A DNA stretch of 64,000 nt from an uncultured Verrucomicrobiae bacterium (GTDB lineage Bacteria; Verrucomicrobiota; Verrucomicrobiia; Limisphaerales; Palsa-1400), in the NCBI GenBank assembly GCA_963702845.1, contig OY969763.1, positions 4,864,001 through 4,928,000 of the forward strand. The letters are read 5' to 3'. Made by a program: the position numbers and the translations under genes. Position 1 is the stretch's first letter. Each line of letters opens with the position of its first letter. The notes below the pieces were generated by a model. That model searched no databases. It had not been told where the DNA came from and saw only the letters and a program-made list of their open reading frames with translations. Shown here in pieces: positions 55,617-64,000 of the stretch.

Positions 55617-56210
55617 ATGTTGGCGGCGCTCCGGCGGCTCTTGAATTCATCCGGCCTCCTTATGATCCTCATCGCACTGGCAGGCTTGCCTGCCTGGGCC
55701 GACGAGGTCCCGGCGGTCTCAACCAATGCAATTTCAACCAACACAGTGACGACGCCCCCGGTGACGACACTCTATTTGACCCGCACCGGAGAACGTTGTG
55801 CCGCGACCAATAAAGTGGGAAAAATCGCCCTCGCCAAACGCGGCATTCTGCAAGCAGGCGCATTGCAGTTCTTCACTATCGAACGTATCGGCACAGTGAG
55901 CTTGCGCAGGGGAATTTACGAATGCGTGATGGAACAACAGCACAATTCCGATGGCTCCGAAAAGCGCAAAGTGTTTCGTCCCCGGGCCGATGGACCGCTG
56001 GGACATCATCTCAAGAGCAGCACGGGCGGTCCCGCAGCTATCCTGATTCACCCCGCCAATACTCCGCACCAACTCACGGGCTGCATCGCCCCGGGCCGAA
56101 TTAAAACCCCTGACGGTGTGGATCAGAGTATTGCCGCCTTGAAAGCCATCTTCGACGCTTGCGGCGGTTTTGTTGATGGCAAGGTCGTGAGGCTGGTGGT
56201 CCGAAATTAG
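55617..56210 (+). CDS. DUF5675-like secreted protein (HxxN..GC, L,D-peptidase-like); start uncertain
   Basis: TIER..GIYEC..ILIHPANTPHQLTGCIAPG..S.AAL. Confidence 0.6.
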   Translation: MLAALRRLLNSSGLLMILIALAGLPAWADEVPAVSTNAISTNTVTTPPVTTLYLTRTGERCAATNKVGKIALAKRGILQAGALQFFTIERIGTVSLRRGIYECVMEQQHNSDGSEKRKVFRPRADGPLGHHLKSSTGGPAAILIHPANTPHQLTGCIAPGRIKTPDGVDQSIAALKAIFDACGGFVDGKVVRLVVRN

Positions 56211-56396
56211 AAATCTCTGATCTTCCCTGCGATCCGAGGCGGAGAGTCCGAACTCTCCTTGTAGCTATTCATATGCTGGTGGCCGTAGCAACTTCGCCGC
56301 CCGCCGGCCAGCATTCACGCCATATATCATCTTTTTCCGGGACATTTCCCGGTTCCATGGCTAATCCCAGTTGAACGGACCAATTTATCGCACCAT

Positions 56397-57260
56397 ATGA
56401 AATACATCGCACACCATTCCATTCGCCTTCTGTCGCTCCTTTGCCTTGCGGCAGCCCCGGTCTTTGCTGCCGAACCGCCTGCGGCTCTCACCCCCACTGA
56501 AATCTCCCTCTTGAAGAGCCAGCTTGCCGCAATAACAAATCAGGCCGCCGAACCAGTTGCAACCACGGCGCCGGACGCCGAATTTACTGCTGTCTGGCCG
56601 GATATGCCCACACTGAAGGACGCAGAGTTTAACGGTTTGCCTTTGGAAGAAGTTGCCCGCTCCGTGCGAAACTCCGCCACCAATGCATTCGACATTATCC
56701 TGCCCACCGACCGCAACGATCTGCCGAATGTCACTTTGCAACTCAGAAACGTGGGCCCGGCCCAAATCTTTACCGCCATGAATCTACAATTCGAAATGGA
56801 CGCCCAAAAATGGCGTTGGGTTCCTTTCCTTAACGGCGGCCGTCCAACTGTTGCTTTGAAAAGCCTCTCTCAAAAACCCATCCCGGCGGTCGAATCCAAA
56901 CTGCGAACCACCATCTTTTATTGCGGCGATTTGCTCCTGACCAGCGGGGCAGAAACCAGGCGCAAGGAAATGGACGACATTGCCAAATCCCTTGCCGAGA
57001 TGCTCAGCGTAGCCCGTGCGCAAACGTCCGATCAGTCGCCACACCCACGTATTTCCGTTGACGGACGCGTCGAAGTTTTGGTTGTCACCGCCACCGACGA
57101 CGAAATCGAAGTCATCAAAGATTTTTTGACCGCCCTTAAGCTAAGGGTCCACAACGAAACTATAAGAGCGAACGCAGCGATAAAAAACGGCTCGCCATCT
57201 CCCGGGAACCCAATTGCGACGGACGCCCAACCAGGCATACTCAAGCCAGGTAAGCCATGA
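56397..57260 (+). CDS. secreted protein with secretin N-terminal-like (STN and N) domains, no secretin barrel
   Basis: signal peptide; 'FNGLPLEEVA..VTLQLRNV' and 'ISVDGRVEVLVVTATDDEIEVIKDFLTAL'. Confidence 0.5.
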   Translation: MKYIAHHSIRLLSLLCLAAAPVFAAEPPAALTPTEISLLKSQLAAITNQAAEPVATTAPDAEFTAVWPDMPTLKDAEFNGLPLEEVARSVRNSATNAFDIILPTDRNDLPNVTLQLRNVGPAQIFTAMNLQFEMDAQKWRWVPFLNGGRPTVALKSLSQKPIPAVESKLRTTIFYCGDLLLTSGAETRRKEMDDIAKSLAEMLSVARAQTSDQSPHPRISVDGRVEVLVVTATDDEIEVIKDFLTALKLRVHNETIRANAAIKNGSPSPGNPIATDAQPGILKPGKP

Positions 57261-57264
57261 ACTG

Positions 57265-57912
57265 ATGCCGTCACTTGCGTTATCCAAACCATTGACTATC
57301 GCCAGCGCCATGAGCACGGCTGCCTCGGATGAAGCTCCAGTTGTGCCTTTGCTCGCCCCGGCCCAACACGCCGACATCTGGGCGCGTCGGGTGACCGTTG
57401 CCGTTTCCCGCGGCGATGACTCTGCCTTCCGGGAGTTGCACGATCACTATCGCGACCGCACCTTGCGCTTCGCCGCCGTTCTCGTGCGCGGAAACGTTGC
57501 CCTTGCCGAGGAAATTGTGCAGACCGTCATGCTCACCGTCGCCCGCAAACTCAAGCCCCTCGAAAGCGATGCTCATCTGTGGAACTGGCTCGCGCGCGTC
57601 ACCCGCCAGCACGCCGCCAAACTGGGCCGACGCGAACAGCGCGCCGCCGCCCTGAGTCAATCCGAAACCACAGACGACTGCGCCATTGCTGAAAAAGCCG
57701 ATTCCTTCCTGGAATCGTGCATGGACAGCGCATTACTCGAACTCGAAGAAGACGATCGTCAACTCGTCGAATGGTTTTATTTCGATGGCCTCAGCCAAAA
57801 AGACATCGCCGAACGCCTCGCCACCACCCCCAAAGCAATTTCCGGCCGTCTCGACCGCGCACGAGGCAAACTGCGGTTGGCCGTAAACCAAAAGCTATCT
57901 TATGAAAGCTGA
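57265..57912 (+). CDS. ECF sigma-70 factor
   Basis: GDDSAFREL, AEEIVQTV, WNWLARV, region 4 'YFDGLSQKDIAERLATTPKAISGRLDRAR'. Confidence 0.9.
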   Translation: MPSLALSKPLTIASAMSTAASDEAPVVPLLAPAQHADIWARRVTVAVSRGDDSAFRELHDHYRDRTLRFAAVLVRGNVALAEEIVQTVMLTVARKLKPLESDAHLWNWLARVTRQHAAKLGRREQRAAALSQSETTDDCAIAEKADSFLESCMDSALLELEEDDRQLVEWFYFDGLSQKDIAERLATTPKAISGRLDRARGKLRLAVNQKLSYES

Positions 57913-58282
57913 AAAACAAAAATTACTCGACGACCTGTGGGGCACCGCCCCTTCCCGGCGCGAAGCAACTTTACGCGCTGGAAGTGCCGTGCTCCGTCGC
58001 CGCCGTCACATCCGATTAGCCCTGCGAAGTTCCGCTATAATCTCAGTCCTGCTCGTATTAGCGGGTGTCTATTACCGGTCCCTGATGCATCCTGCCAGAA
58101 TCGCCAACCAAATTGCCGCGGCTAAGTCATCCGAGCATCCACAAATCGGAACCCTGAACAACGATCAACTGCTCGCCGTATTTGCCGACGCGCCGGTCGG
58201 CATAGTCAAACTCAAGGACGGACGGCAGCGATTAGTCTTCTTCCGCCCCGAAGACGAAGCGCGCTACGTAACGAGGTTCTGA
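57902..58282 (+). CDS. single-TM protein, putative anti-sigma factor
   Basis: overlaps the ECF stop; RRRR followed by one TM helix. Confidence 0.6.
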   Translation: MKAEKQKLLDDLWGTAPSRREATLRAGSAVLRRRRHIRLALRSSAIISVLLVLAGVYYRSLMHPARIANQIAAAKSSEHPQIGTLNNDQLLAVFADAPVGIVKLKDGRQRLVFFRPEDEARYVTRF

Positions 58283-58354
58283 GACTCCAGGAACGCTGCT
58301 GGTTAGGAGAAATGCGGGCTCTATCTGCCCCGTCAAAACTGTGTTCCCTTCCGG

Positions 58355-58468
58355 AACCCCAACGCGGGTTCAAAGCAGTCAGCCTAGGGTTGCGAGGAAC
58401 GAGCTACCCTAGGTAAAAAACCCAAAACGAAGTTTTCACTTTCGCGAAGCGGCGACGAAGGAGTTAAC
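58355..58468. repeat. ~110-bp composite REP-like element, copy 1
   Basis: near-identical to 63020-63129; contains cctagggttgc..gctaccctagg palindrome. Confidence 0.85.
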
Positions 58469-58545
58469 AGTCTTATCCGCAAGACTTCGAAAACCTCGGT
58501 GTTAGCTGAGTCGCCTCAAAATAACTTCGTCACTTCCATTTGCCG

Positions 58546-59561
58546 CTATTTCGCCCTCATGATTGAGCGATGGTCGGACCCGGTAATACTGGTTCGGGCT
58601 GCGCTTTCTTCCAAATTTCTTGCGGGGCCTTGGGGTATTGGAGTTGCGTTGGTCGGGTTTAAGTAAAGGTGGAACCAGTGTTCGATGTACATCTGCACGA
58701 TGTCGGTAGGAAGATTGTGGCCGAACCCTTCGTAAATAACGAGACGCAGGCGGTCCGGGTCTTGTTTGTAATAGGGCCGTGCGGCATCGACAAAGGCCCG
58801 CGCGGTTTTCGGATCAACAACTTTGTCGTCGGCCCCGCTGACCATGAGAACTGCGCAGGGGAACATTTTTTGTACGTGAAGGATTGGATCGACTTTCGGC
58901 AAGAGCGCTTCCGTTTCAGGCCACAAGCCGTTGGTTTGTCCCCGCCACAGTTGGTTGGAATGCCAGCTCTCGAGCCACTGGTGATACGCGCCGGCGCTAA
59001 CGAAAGCGACGACGGCCGCGAGCCGTGGTTCTTGCGTTGCGACAGCCAGCCCCGGTATGCCGGTGGAGGAACTACCAACCCAGCCGATTTTTCCGATGTC
59101 GCCGCGCTTCAAAAGGTAGTCAATGACGCGACCGGAGTCTTCGACTGCGTTAAGGCCGCCTTCGACGTAGCTGTGGGCGAACCGTTGGTCGAAGTAAAGC
59201 CATTGCGGGCGGCGCGCGGGATCGGGGTCAGGTGCGCGCCGCGCTCGGCGTTGAAGGCGACGAGTATGTAACCTTCGTTCAGCAGATTGCTGCTCCAGGA
59301 CGGAAGAGAATTGGATCGCGCCGTGCCGAGCATGAGGATGGCCGGATGCTTAGCGACGATGCCCGGACGCCAGGCGAGTTCGATTTTAATCGTCGGTTGG
59401 CGATTAGTCAGAAAGACGGTAGCGAATTGGAACGGGCTGGCTTTTGCTTCGGCAGTTGATGTGAGGAGAATAACAAGTGCAGAGACAGTGACATTGCTGA
59501 TGGTGAAAGAAGCCGTTCGGCATAGCGCATTCAATAATGAGAACCACGAACGCGTTTGCAT
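58546..59561 (-). CDS. alpha/beta hydrolase (dienelactone hydrolase/S9-like); apparent frameshift near 59240
   Basis: IGWVGSSSTG nucleophile elbow, GADDKVV, GFGH; N- and C-halves lie in different frames. Confidence 0.65.
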
Positions 59562-59760
59562 GCGCCATGAGTAAACCTATAGACCCCACCGTGGAAATCA
59601 CAAAACTTGTAGGAGACGAACTCCGCTAGGAGTGACATGTCTATAGAACCGCCACCAAAAAAATAATCATCCCAATCACTTTCGCGAAGCGGCGACGAAG
59701 GAGTTAACTGACTCTGGCTGTTCCAGCAAACAGAAACTTCGGACTTCCAAAGCAAAAAAC

Positions 59761-59838
59761 ATCGCCATGATCCGCTGCGCCATCAACGACATTCGCCTCT
59801 TCTACGAGAGCGATATGAGGTTCTTGAAGCAGTTTTGA
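59761..59838 (+). repeat. diverged duplicate of the pheS 3' end (att-like direct repeat of 52844-52921)
   Basis: 68/78 nt identical; encodes IAMIRCAINDIRLFYESDMRFLKQF* versus IAMIRYAINDIRLFYESDMRFLKQF*. Confidence 0.92.
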
Positions 59839-59946
59839 CCTCGTTGATGCGAAGCTCTTGGATTGCGGCAGTCGTCCGCTTTCCCATTTGCGAGAAAGCG
59901 CAGGGAATAGATAGCGTCTCCACTCTTATTTCCCCGCAATAGACAC

Positions 59947-62589
59947 TCACCGCGCTGTGGCGAGGGCGGCGCGCCCACGATCTCCGACTTCAACTGCCTT
60001 TGGTAGTTCAATCCAGAATTTGCTGCCCTTGCCGATTTCCGATTCGAAACCGACGTGGCCGTCCATTCGTTGGATGCACTTTTTAACGATTGCCAGACCG
60101 ATGCCTGTGCCGCCGTATTCGTCTTCATGATGCATGCGCTGGAACATGCGAAATATCTTATCCTGAGCCTCTGCTTGAATGCCGATGCCGTTGTCTTCAA
60201 TCCAAATCCTGACCATCCCCGAGTCATCGTAACGTTCTTCAGACCAGATGCGGACAGAAGGACGAACGCCGGGAGCAACAAATTTGACAGCGTTCTCCAG
60301 GATATTACCGACGCATTGAGTGAGGAGGGATTCGTTGCCCAAAACGTACAACCCTTCGAACTCCAGATTGATATCAGCGACGTGCGATTGGAGAGAGGGA
60401 TAAGTGTCAATCAAGCCGCGCAAGAGTTTGCCAATGTCCAGACGAGTCACCGAAGCATCTTCACGTAACACGCGATTGTAATTGAGGGCATCGGTGACAA
60501 GACGATCCAGCCGGACGGAACCCTCGCGGATACGCTGCAAGTAGTCCGCCCCCGGAGGATGTTGGCAATCAGGGCAGTCCTCCTCCAAAATATGTGCGAA
60601 GCCTTGCATGGCTCGCAACGGGGCGCGCATGTCGTGGATCATGCTGTAGGACATCTGTTCGAGCTCGGCGAGGGTCTCGCGCACCTCCTCGGTTCGCATC
60701 TCAACCTCTTCCTCTAAATGTTCCTGAAGGCGTTTGCGTTCGGTAACGTCGGTGTTGGATTCGAGAAGTTCTTGTATGTCGCCCTGTGCATTGAGCTCAG
60801 CCATCCAGTAGCTTTGGACGATGACTTGGCGGCCGGCTCGGGTTCGGTGCCGGAGTTCGCCTGACCATGTGTAACCCGCTTTCAGTTTGGCTTCGATGTT
60901 ATCCAATGGTTCGGGAAACACCGTTCGCAGCAGGTTATTGGCGCGTTTCCCTAGCGCATCTGCCCTGTTCCAGCCGTAGAGGCATTCAGCGCCGTCGCTC
61001 CAGAAGGTGATGGTGCCGTCGTGCTCTTCGACGAAAGTTGCGGCGGGAGCGAGATCGATCAACCGCGCCTGACGAATCAAGGCCTCTTCCCGCTCACGCA
61101 ATTCAGAAATGTCGGTGGCGGTGCCGAACCAGAGGCCCACTCGCCCCTGATAGTCTTTGTGAGGCACAACGCGCGCGAGAAAGGGTCGCAAGTTGCCATC
61201 AGCGCCGCGTAGTGGGTATTCCATGTCTATAAAAGGCTCTCCGGTATCAATCGATTGTCGCCATCGTTCCAACACTCTTGGGAGTGCCTTGGGGTCAACG
61301 ATACTTTGCCAGCCCCAGCCTTTCAGTTGATCCGGGGTGAGTCCGGTATATTCATAGCAGCGGCGATTAAACCAGATGGCATAGCCGTCGTCGCGGCAAA
61401 TCCAGGCGACTTGCGGCATCGCGTTCGCCATGGTGCGAAACCGCTCTTCGCTTTCCTGTAAAGCCTGCTCGGCTTCTTTGCGCCGAGTGACATCGCTGGC
61501 CGCACCGAACCACTCGACGATTTCGTTGTGCGCATCGAGCAACGGGACTGCCCGCGAGAAGGTCCAGCCTGCGCTGCCGTCTGCGCGCCTGACGCGGTGT
61601 TCGAGTTCGAAGACACTTTTTGTGCGGATCGCTTCGTGGATGACTTCCAGCACATGCGGTTGATCCTCCGGGAAAATGTATTTGTCCAACCACGTTCGGC
61701 TGGGGGCTTCCGTATCTGCGACAAATTGCGCGCCATGGAGTTCGCGCATTTCGCGCCAATCTGCGCTCATCCGATAGATGATATATGAACTGGCATTCAC
61801 CAGCGCGCGCAAGCGTTCTTCACTCTGGCGCAGAGCTTGATCGCGTTGTTTTCGACCTGTTACGTCGACATTGACTCCTAACAACCGCAGTGGCTTGTCG
61901 GATCCGTTATGAAAGGCCTGGAAACGGGCCGCCAGCCAGTGCACGGAGCCATTGGGCCAGATGACTCGCCATTCGCCTTCTTGCGTCTGGAATGTGGACA
62001 GAGCGCGGTTGACAGCGGCTATTACGTTAGGCCGGTCTTCCGGGTGGACCAACTGCTCCCAAGCCGACTCGGTACCGCCGAACTCGCCGGATTTGAGGCC
62101 GTATAGTGCTTCCATCTCTGGCGTCCAGGCGTCGATCCCGGTCTGGAGGTTCCACTCGAAAATGCCAATGCCGGTTGCCTGGCAGGCGAGGCGCAAACGT
62201 GCCTCCTTTTGTCGCAATGCTTCTGATTTCAATCGGAGCCGGCCTCCAAGGATGCTGACGCCGATGTTCACGGCGATAAAAAAGCCCAATGCGACTGCGT
62301 GAGGCACTACCTTGCCAAAAGGCAAGACGACCAAATCCCCCAGCATAACGCTGAGGATGGTGGCCAGCACCCCCGGACCTGTTCCACCGATAGCTGCGGC
62401 GGCAAACACGAAAGGATAGAATGTGATGTAGAGCGGCAGGTCACCGATTACGTGTTGGAACGACCACCTTATCAGCAGCGCAACCCCTGTTCCAACTACC
62501 GCTACAATGTAACCTATCCACCGACGCGCAGGCGGGATTCCCCGTTCGGCGTGTGCTTTTTTTCTTTTGAATTTACTGCTTCTCAGCAT
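59947..62589 (-). CDS. sensor histidine kinase with DUF4118-like TM region and four PAS domains
   Basis: N-terminal TM helices; PAS motifs (VHPED, IFPED); H-box HDMRAPLR; N, G1, F and G2 boxes. Confidence 0.92.
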   Translation of the reverse strand: MLRSSKFKRKKAHAERGIPPARRWIGYIVAVVGTGVALLIRWSFQHVIGDLPLYITFYPFVFAAAAIGGTGPGVLATILSVMLGDLVVLPFGKVVPHAVALGFFIAVNIGVSILGGRLRLKSEALRQKEARLRLACQATGIGIFEWNLQTGIDAWTPEMEALYGLKSGEFGGTESAWEQLVHPEDRPNVIAAVNRALSTFQTQEGEWRVIWPNGSVHWLAARFQAFHNGSDKPLRLLGVNVDVTGRKQRDQALRQSEERLRALVNASSYIIYRMSADWREMRELHGAQFVADTEAPSRTWLDKYIFPEDQPHVLEVIHEAIRTKSVFELEHRVRRADGSAGWTFSRAVPLLDAHNEIVEWFGAASDVTRRKEAEQALQESEERFRTMANAMPQVAWICRDDGYAIWFNRRCYEYTGLTPDQLKGWGWQSIVDPKALPRVLERWRQSIDTGEPFIDMEYPLRGADGNLRPFLARVVPHKDYQGRVGLWFGTATDISELREREEALIRQARLIDLAPAATFVEEHDGTITFWSDGAECLYGWNRADALGKRANNLLRTVFPEPLDNIEAKLKAGYTWSGELRHRTRAGRQVIVQSYWMAELNAQGDIQELLESNTDVTERKRLQEHLEEEVEMRTEEVRETLAELEQMSYSMIHDMRAPLRAMQGFAHILEEDCPDCQHPPGADYLQRIREGSVRLDRLVTDALNYNRVLREDASVTRLDIGKLLRGLIDTYPSLQSHVADINLEFEGLYVLGNESLLTQCVGNILENAVKFVAPGVRPSVRIWSEERYDDSGMVRIWIEDNGIGIQAEAQDKIFRMFQRMHHEDEYGGTGIGLAIVKKCIQRMDGHVGFESEIGKGSKFWIELPKAVEVGDRGRAALATAR

Positions 62590-62690
62590 GCTTGGAAGCA
62601 ACTCCCCTCAAAGAGAACCTCTCTTATGCAGGGGTTGATGCAATGGAAACTTTCCCCTCGTTTTTGTTTTTTGTGCGCCTGTTTACCCTG

Positions 62691-62840
62691 ATGACGCACT
62701 GTTTAGAATGTGTGGATCGCGTGGAGAAAGCGTTGGAAGCAATTCCTGGCGTCGTCGCCACGGATGTGGAGCTGAATGGTGTCACGACCATCGATCATGA
62801 AAACGTGGATGAGAGAACATTGATGCGGGTGGTGGCCTAG
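62691..62840 (+). CDS. HMA (CopZ-like) domain, short or degenerate
   Basis: MTHCLECVDRVEKALEAIPGV. Confidence 0.5.
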   Translation: MTHCLECVDRVEKALEAIPGVVATDVELNGVTTIDHENVDERTLMRVVA

Positions 62841-63019
62841 GTCTTCGCCTGCGAAATCCCGGAGGATGGCAGGCCGCCACTTCGTGAATTTTGGAAGGGG
62901 CGCGTCGCTCCGCGCGCGCCGCAGCCATTCGTTTTAGGAGAACGAGGTAATGAGTCTCTTATATCCGTTTTTCGTCCAGGTTCGCCTGTATTTGACTCGT
63001 GCCCGTCCGTTAAATCCCC

Positions 63020-63129
63020 AACCTCAACGAGGTTGAAGCCCTCAGCCTAGGGTTGCGAGCAACGAGCTACCCTAGGTAAAAAACCACAAACGAAGTTTCA
63101 CTTTCGCGAAGCGGCGACGAAGGAGTCAA
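63020..63129. repeat. ~110-bp composite REP-like element, copy 2
   Basis: matches 58355-58468. Confidence 0.85.
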
Positions 63130-63472
63130 TCGTTTTTCTCTCCCAATCGCGAAAGCTAAATCTCGATGGCGGCCCATACCGCTTATGAGGGCAGCTACTG
63201 TCAACTGCGTAGGCGAATGCAATACGAACTGGAGCGGGCGGTAAGACTATGTATGCTGCGCCTGGACTGAGCGGCTGATCATGAGTTCCAACTTTTTGAC
63301 CACTACTGGTCGATGAAGCAAGCAAGCAAGCCAAACCGGGTTGATCAGCTTTATGAAGCCGGTGTGAAACCATTGATTATCAGCACACGCGATGCGAAAA
63401 CATTTCCGTCTGATTTACAAAGAGAACGTATCGTCCGGTTTCTGCCGGAACACATGACTTTCGAACTGCGAT

Positions 63473-64000
63473 ATGAACACCGGTGACGAAAGACATGCTG
63501 CAAAAAGTTTCATAAACACGGTGGAATTGCAGAAGCTGTCGTATGCGTCTTTCGGCAGACACTCAAAATCGCCGCATGTTCCAACCGACACGTATTTCTC
63601 GCACAAAATACGGAAACTCGGTACGTTTTTAGAAAACAAAACTCTACTGTATCTGGATACCAACCACTGGGTGAACCTGCGGCACGTCGTTCTGGAGAGC
63701 CGGTTGGAAGCTGTGGGATATCGTGAGGTTCTAGCTTTGTTAGAAAATCTACTTCAACAAGGACGAATTTGTTGCCCCGTCAGTTTTCTTTTGTTCATCG
63801 AACTGACGAAGCAATCCGACGCGAACACGCGAACGCATACCGCAAAATTAATGGACCATTTTAGCCAAGGGATCTGCTTTCAATTCCCCCCCGAAATGGC
63901 GCGGTCGGAGCTGCGGCATTTCCTTCTCAAAACAGCGGCAAAACAGAACCTTGGACCCAAGCCTTGGGTTTGGACCAAAGCAGGGTTCCTCGTCGGAGAG
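63473..64000 (+). CDS. PIN-like domain protein, truncated by the window end
   Basis: open frame with no stop to the window end; LLYLDTNHWVNL..ICCPVSFLLFIEL; AT-richer than the core genes. Confidence 0.55.
   Translation, partial: MNTGDERHAAKSFINTVELQKLSYASFGRHSKSPHVPTDTYFSHKIRKLGTFLENKTLLYLDTNHWVNLRHVVLESRLEAVGYREVLALLENLLQQGRICCPVSFLLFIELTKQSDANTRTHTAKLMDHFSQGICFQFPPEMARSELRHFLLKTAAKQNLGPKPWVWTKAGFLVGE

Noticed and set aside
56225..56325. GC-rich hairpins as a tRNA or ncRNA
   Set aside because: No cloverleaf or T-loop consensus; only a generic stem-loop.
58355..63129. Repeats as a CRISPR array or integron attC sites
   Set aside because: Kilobase irregular spacing, no cas or intI gene, genes in mixed orientation and no clear RYYYAAC/GTTRRRY ends.

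Overview
Bacterial chromosomal window, most likely Verrucomicrobiota (Pedosphaera/Limisphaera-like), inferred from VPDSG-CTERM proteins, a PVC-type CxxCH dehydrogenase and an H-X9-DG prepilin-like protein. Core genes are leuS, dnaK-groES-groEL, ilvB with a Val-rich attenuator, moaC-mog and rpmI-rplT-pheS. These are interspersed with secreted/surface proteins and several families of REP-like repeats. Five genes carry single-base frameshifts that look like sequencing errors. The most notable observations are: (1) a cobalamin riboswitch upstream of a BtuH-like surface protein and a prepilin-like H-X9-DG protein whose leader is a Cys-rich CWC domain, a candidate pilin-associated B12 capture system; (2) five secreted proteins of four unrelated types sharing a ~70-aa C-terminal 'LQxSxxL..W..F(Y/F)R(L/I/V)' domain, a candidate lineage-specific sorting signal; (3) a synonymously diverged copy of the pheS 3' end bounding a 6.8-kb integrase-less island; (4) two VPDSG-CTERM genes with identical sigma54 plus twin enhancer-box architecture; (5) a leuS gene with mosaic codon usage. 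All calls come from reading the sequence; no database searches were run.
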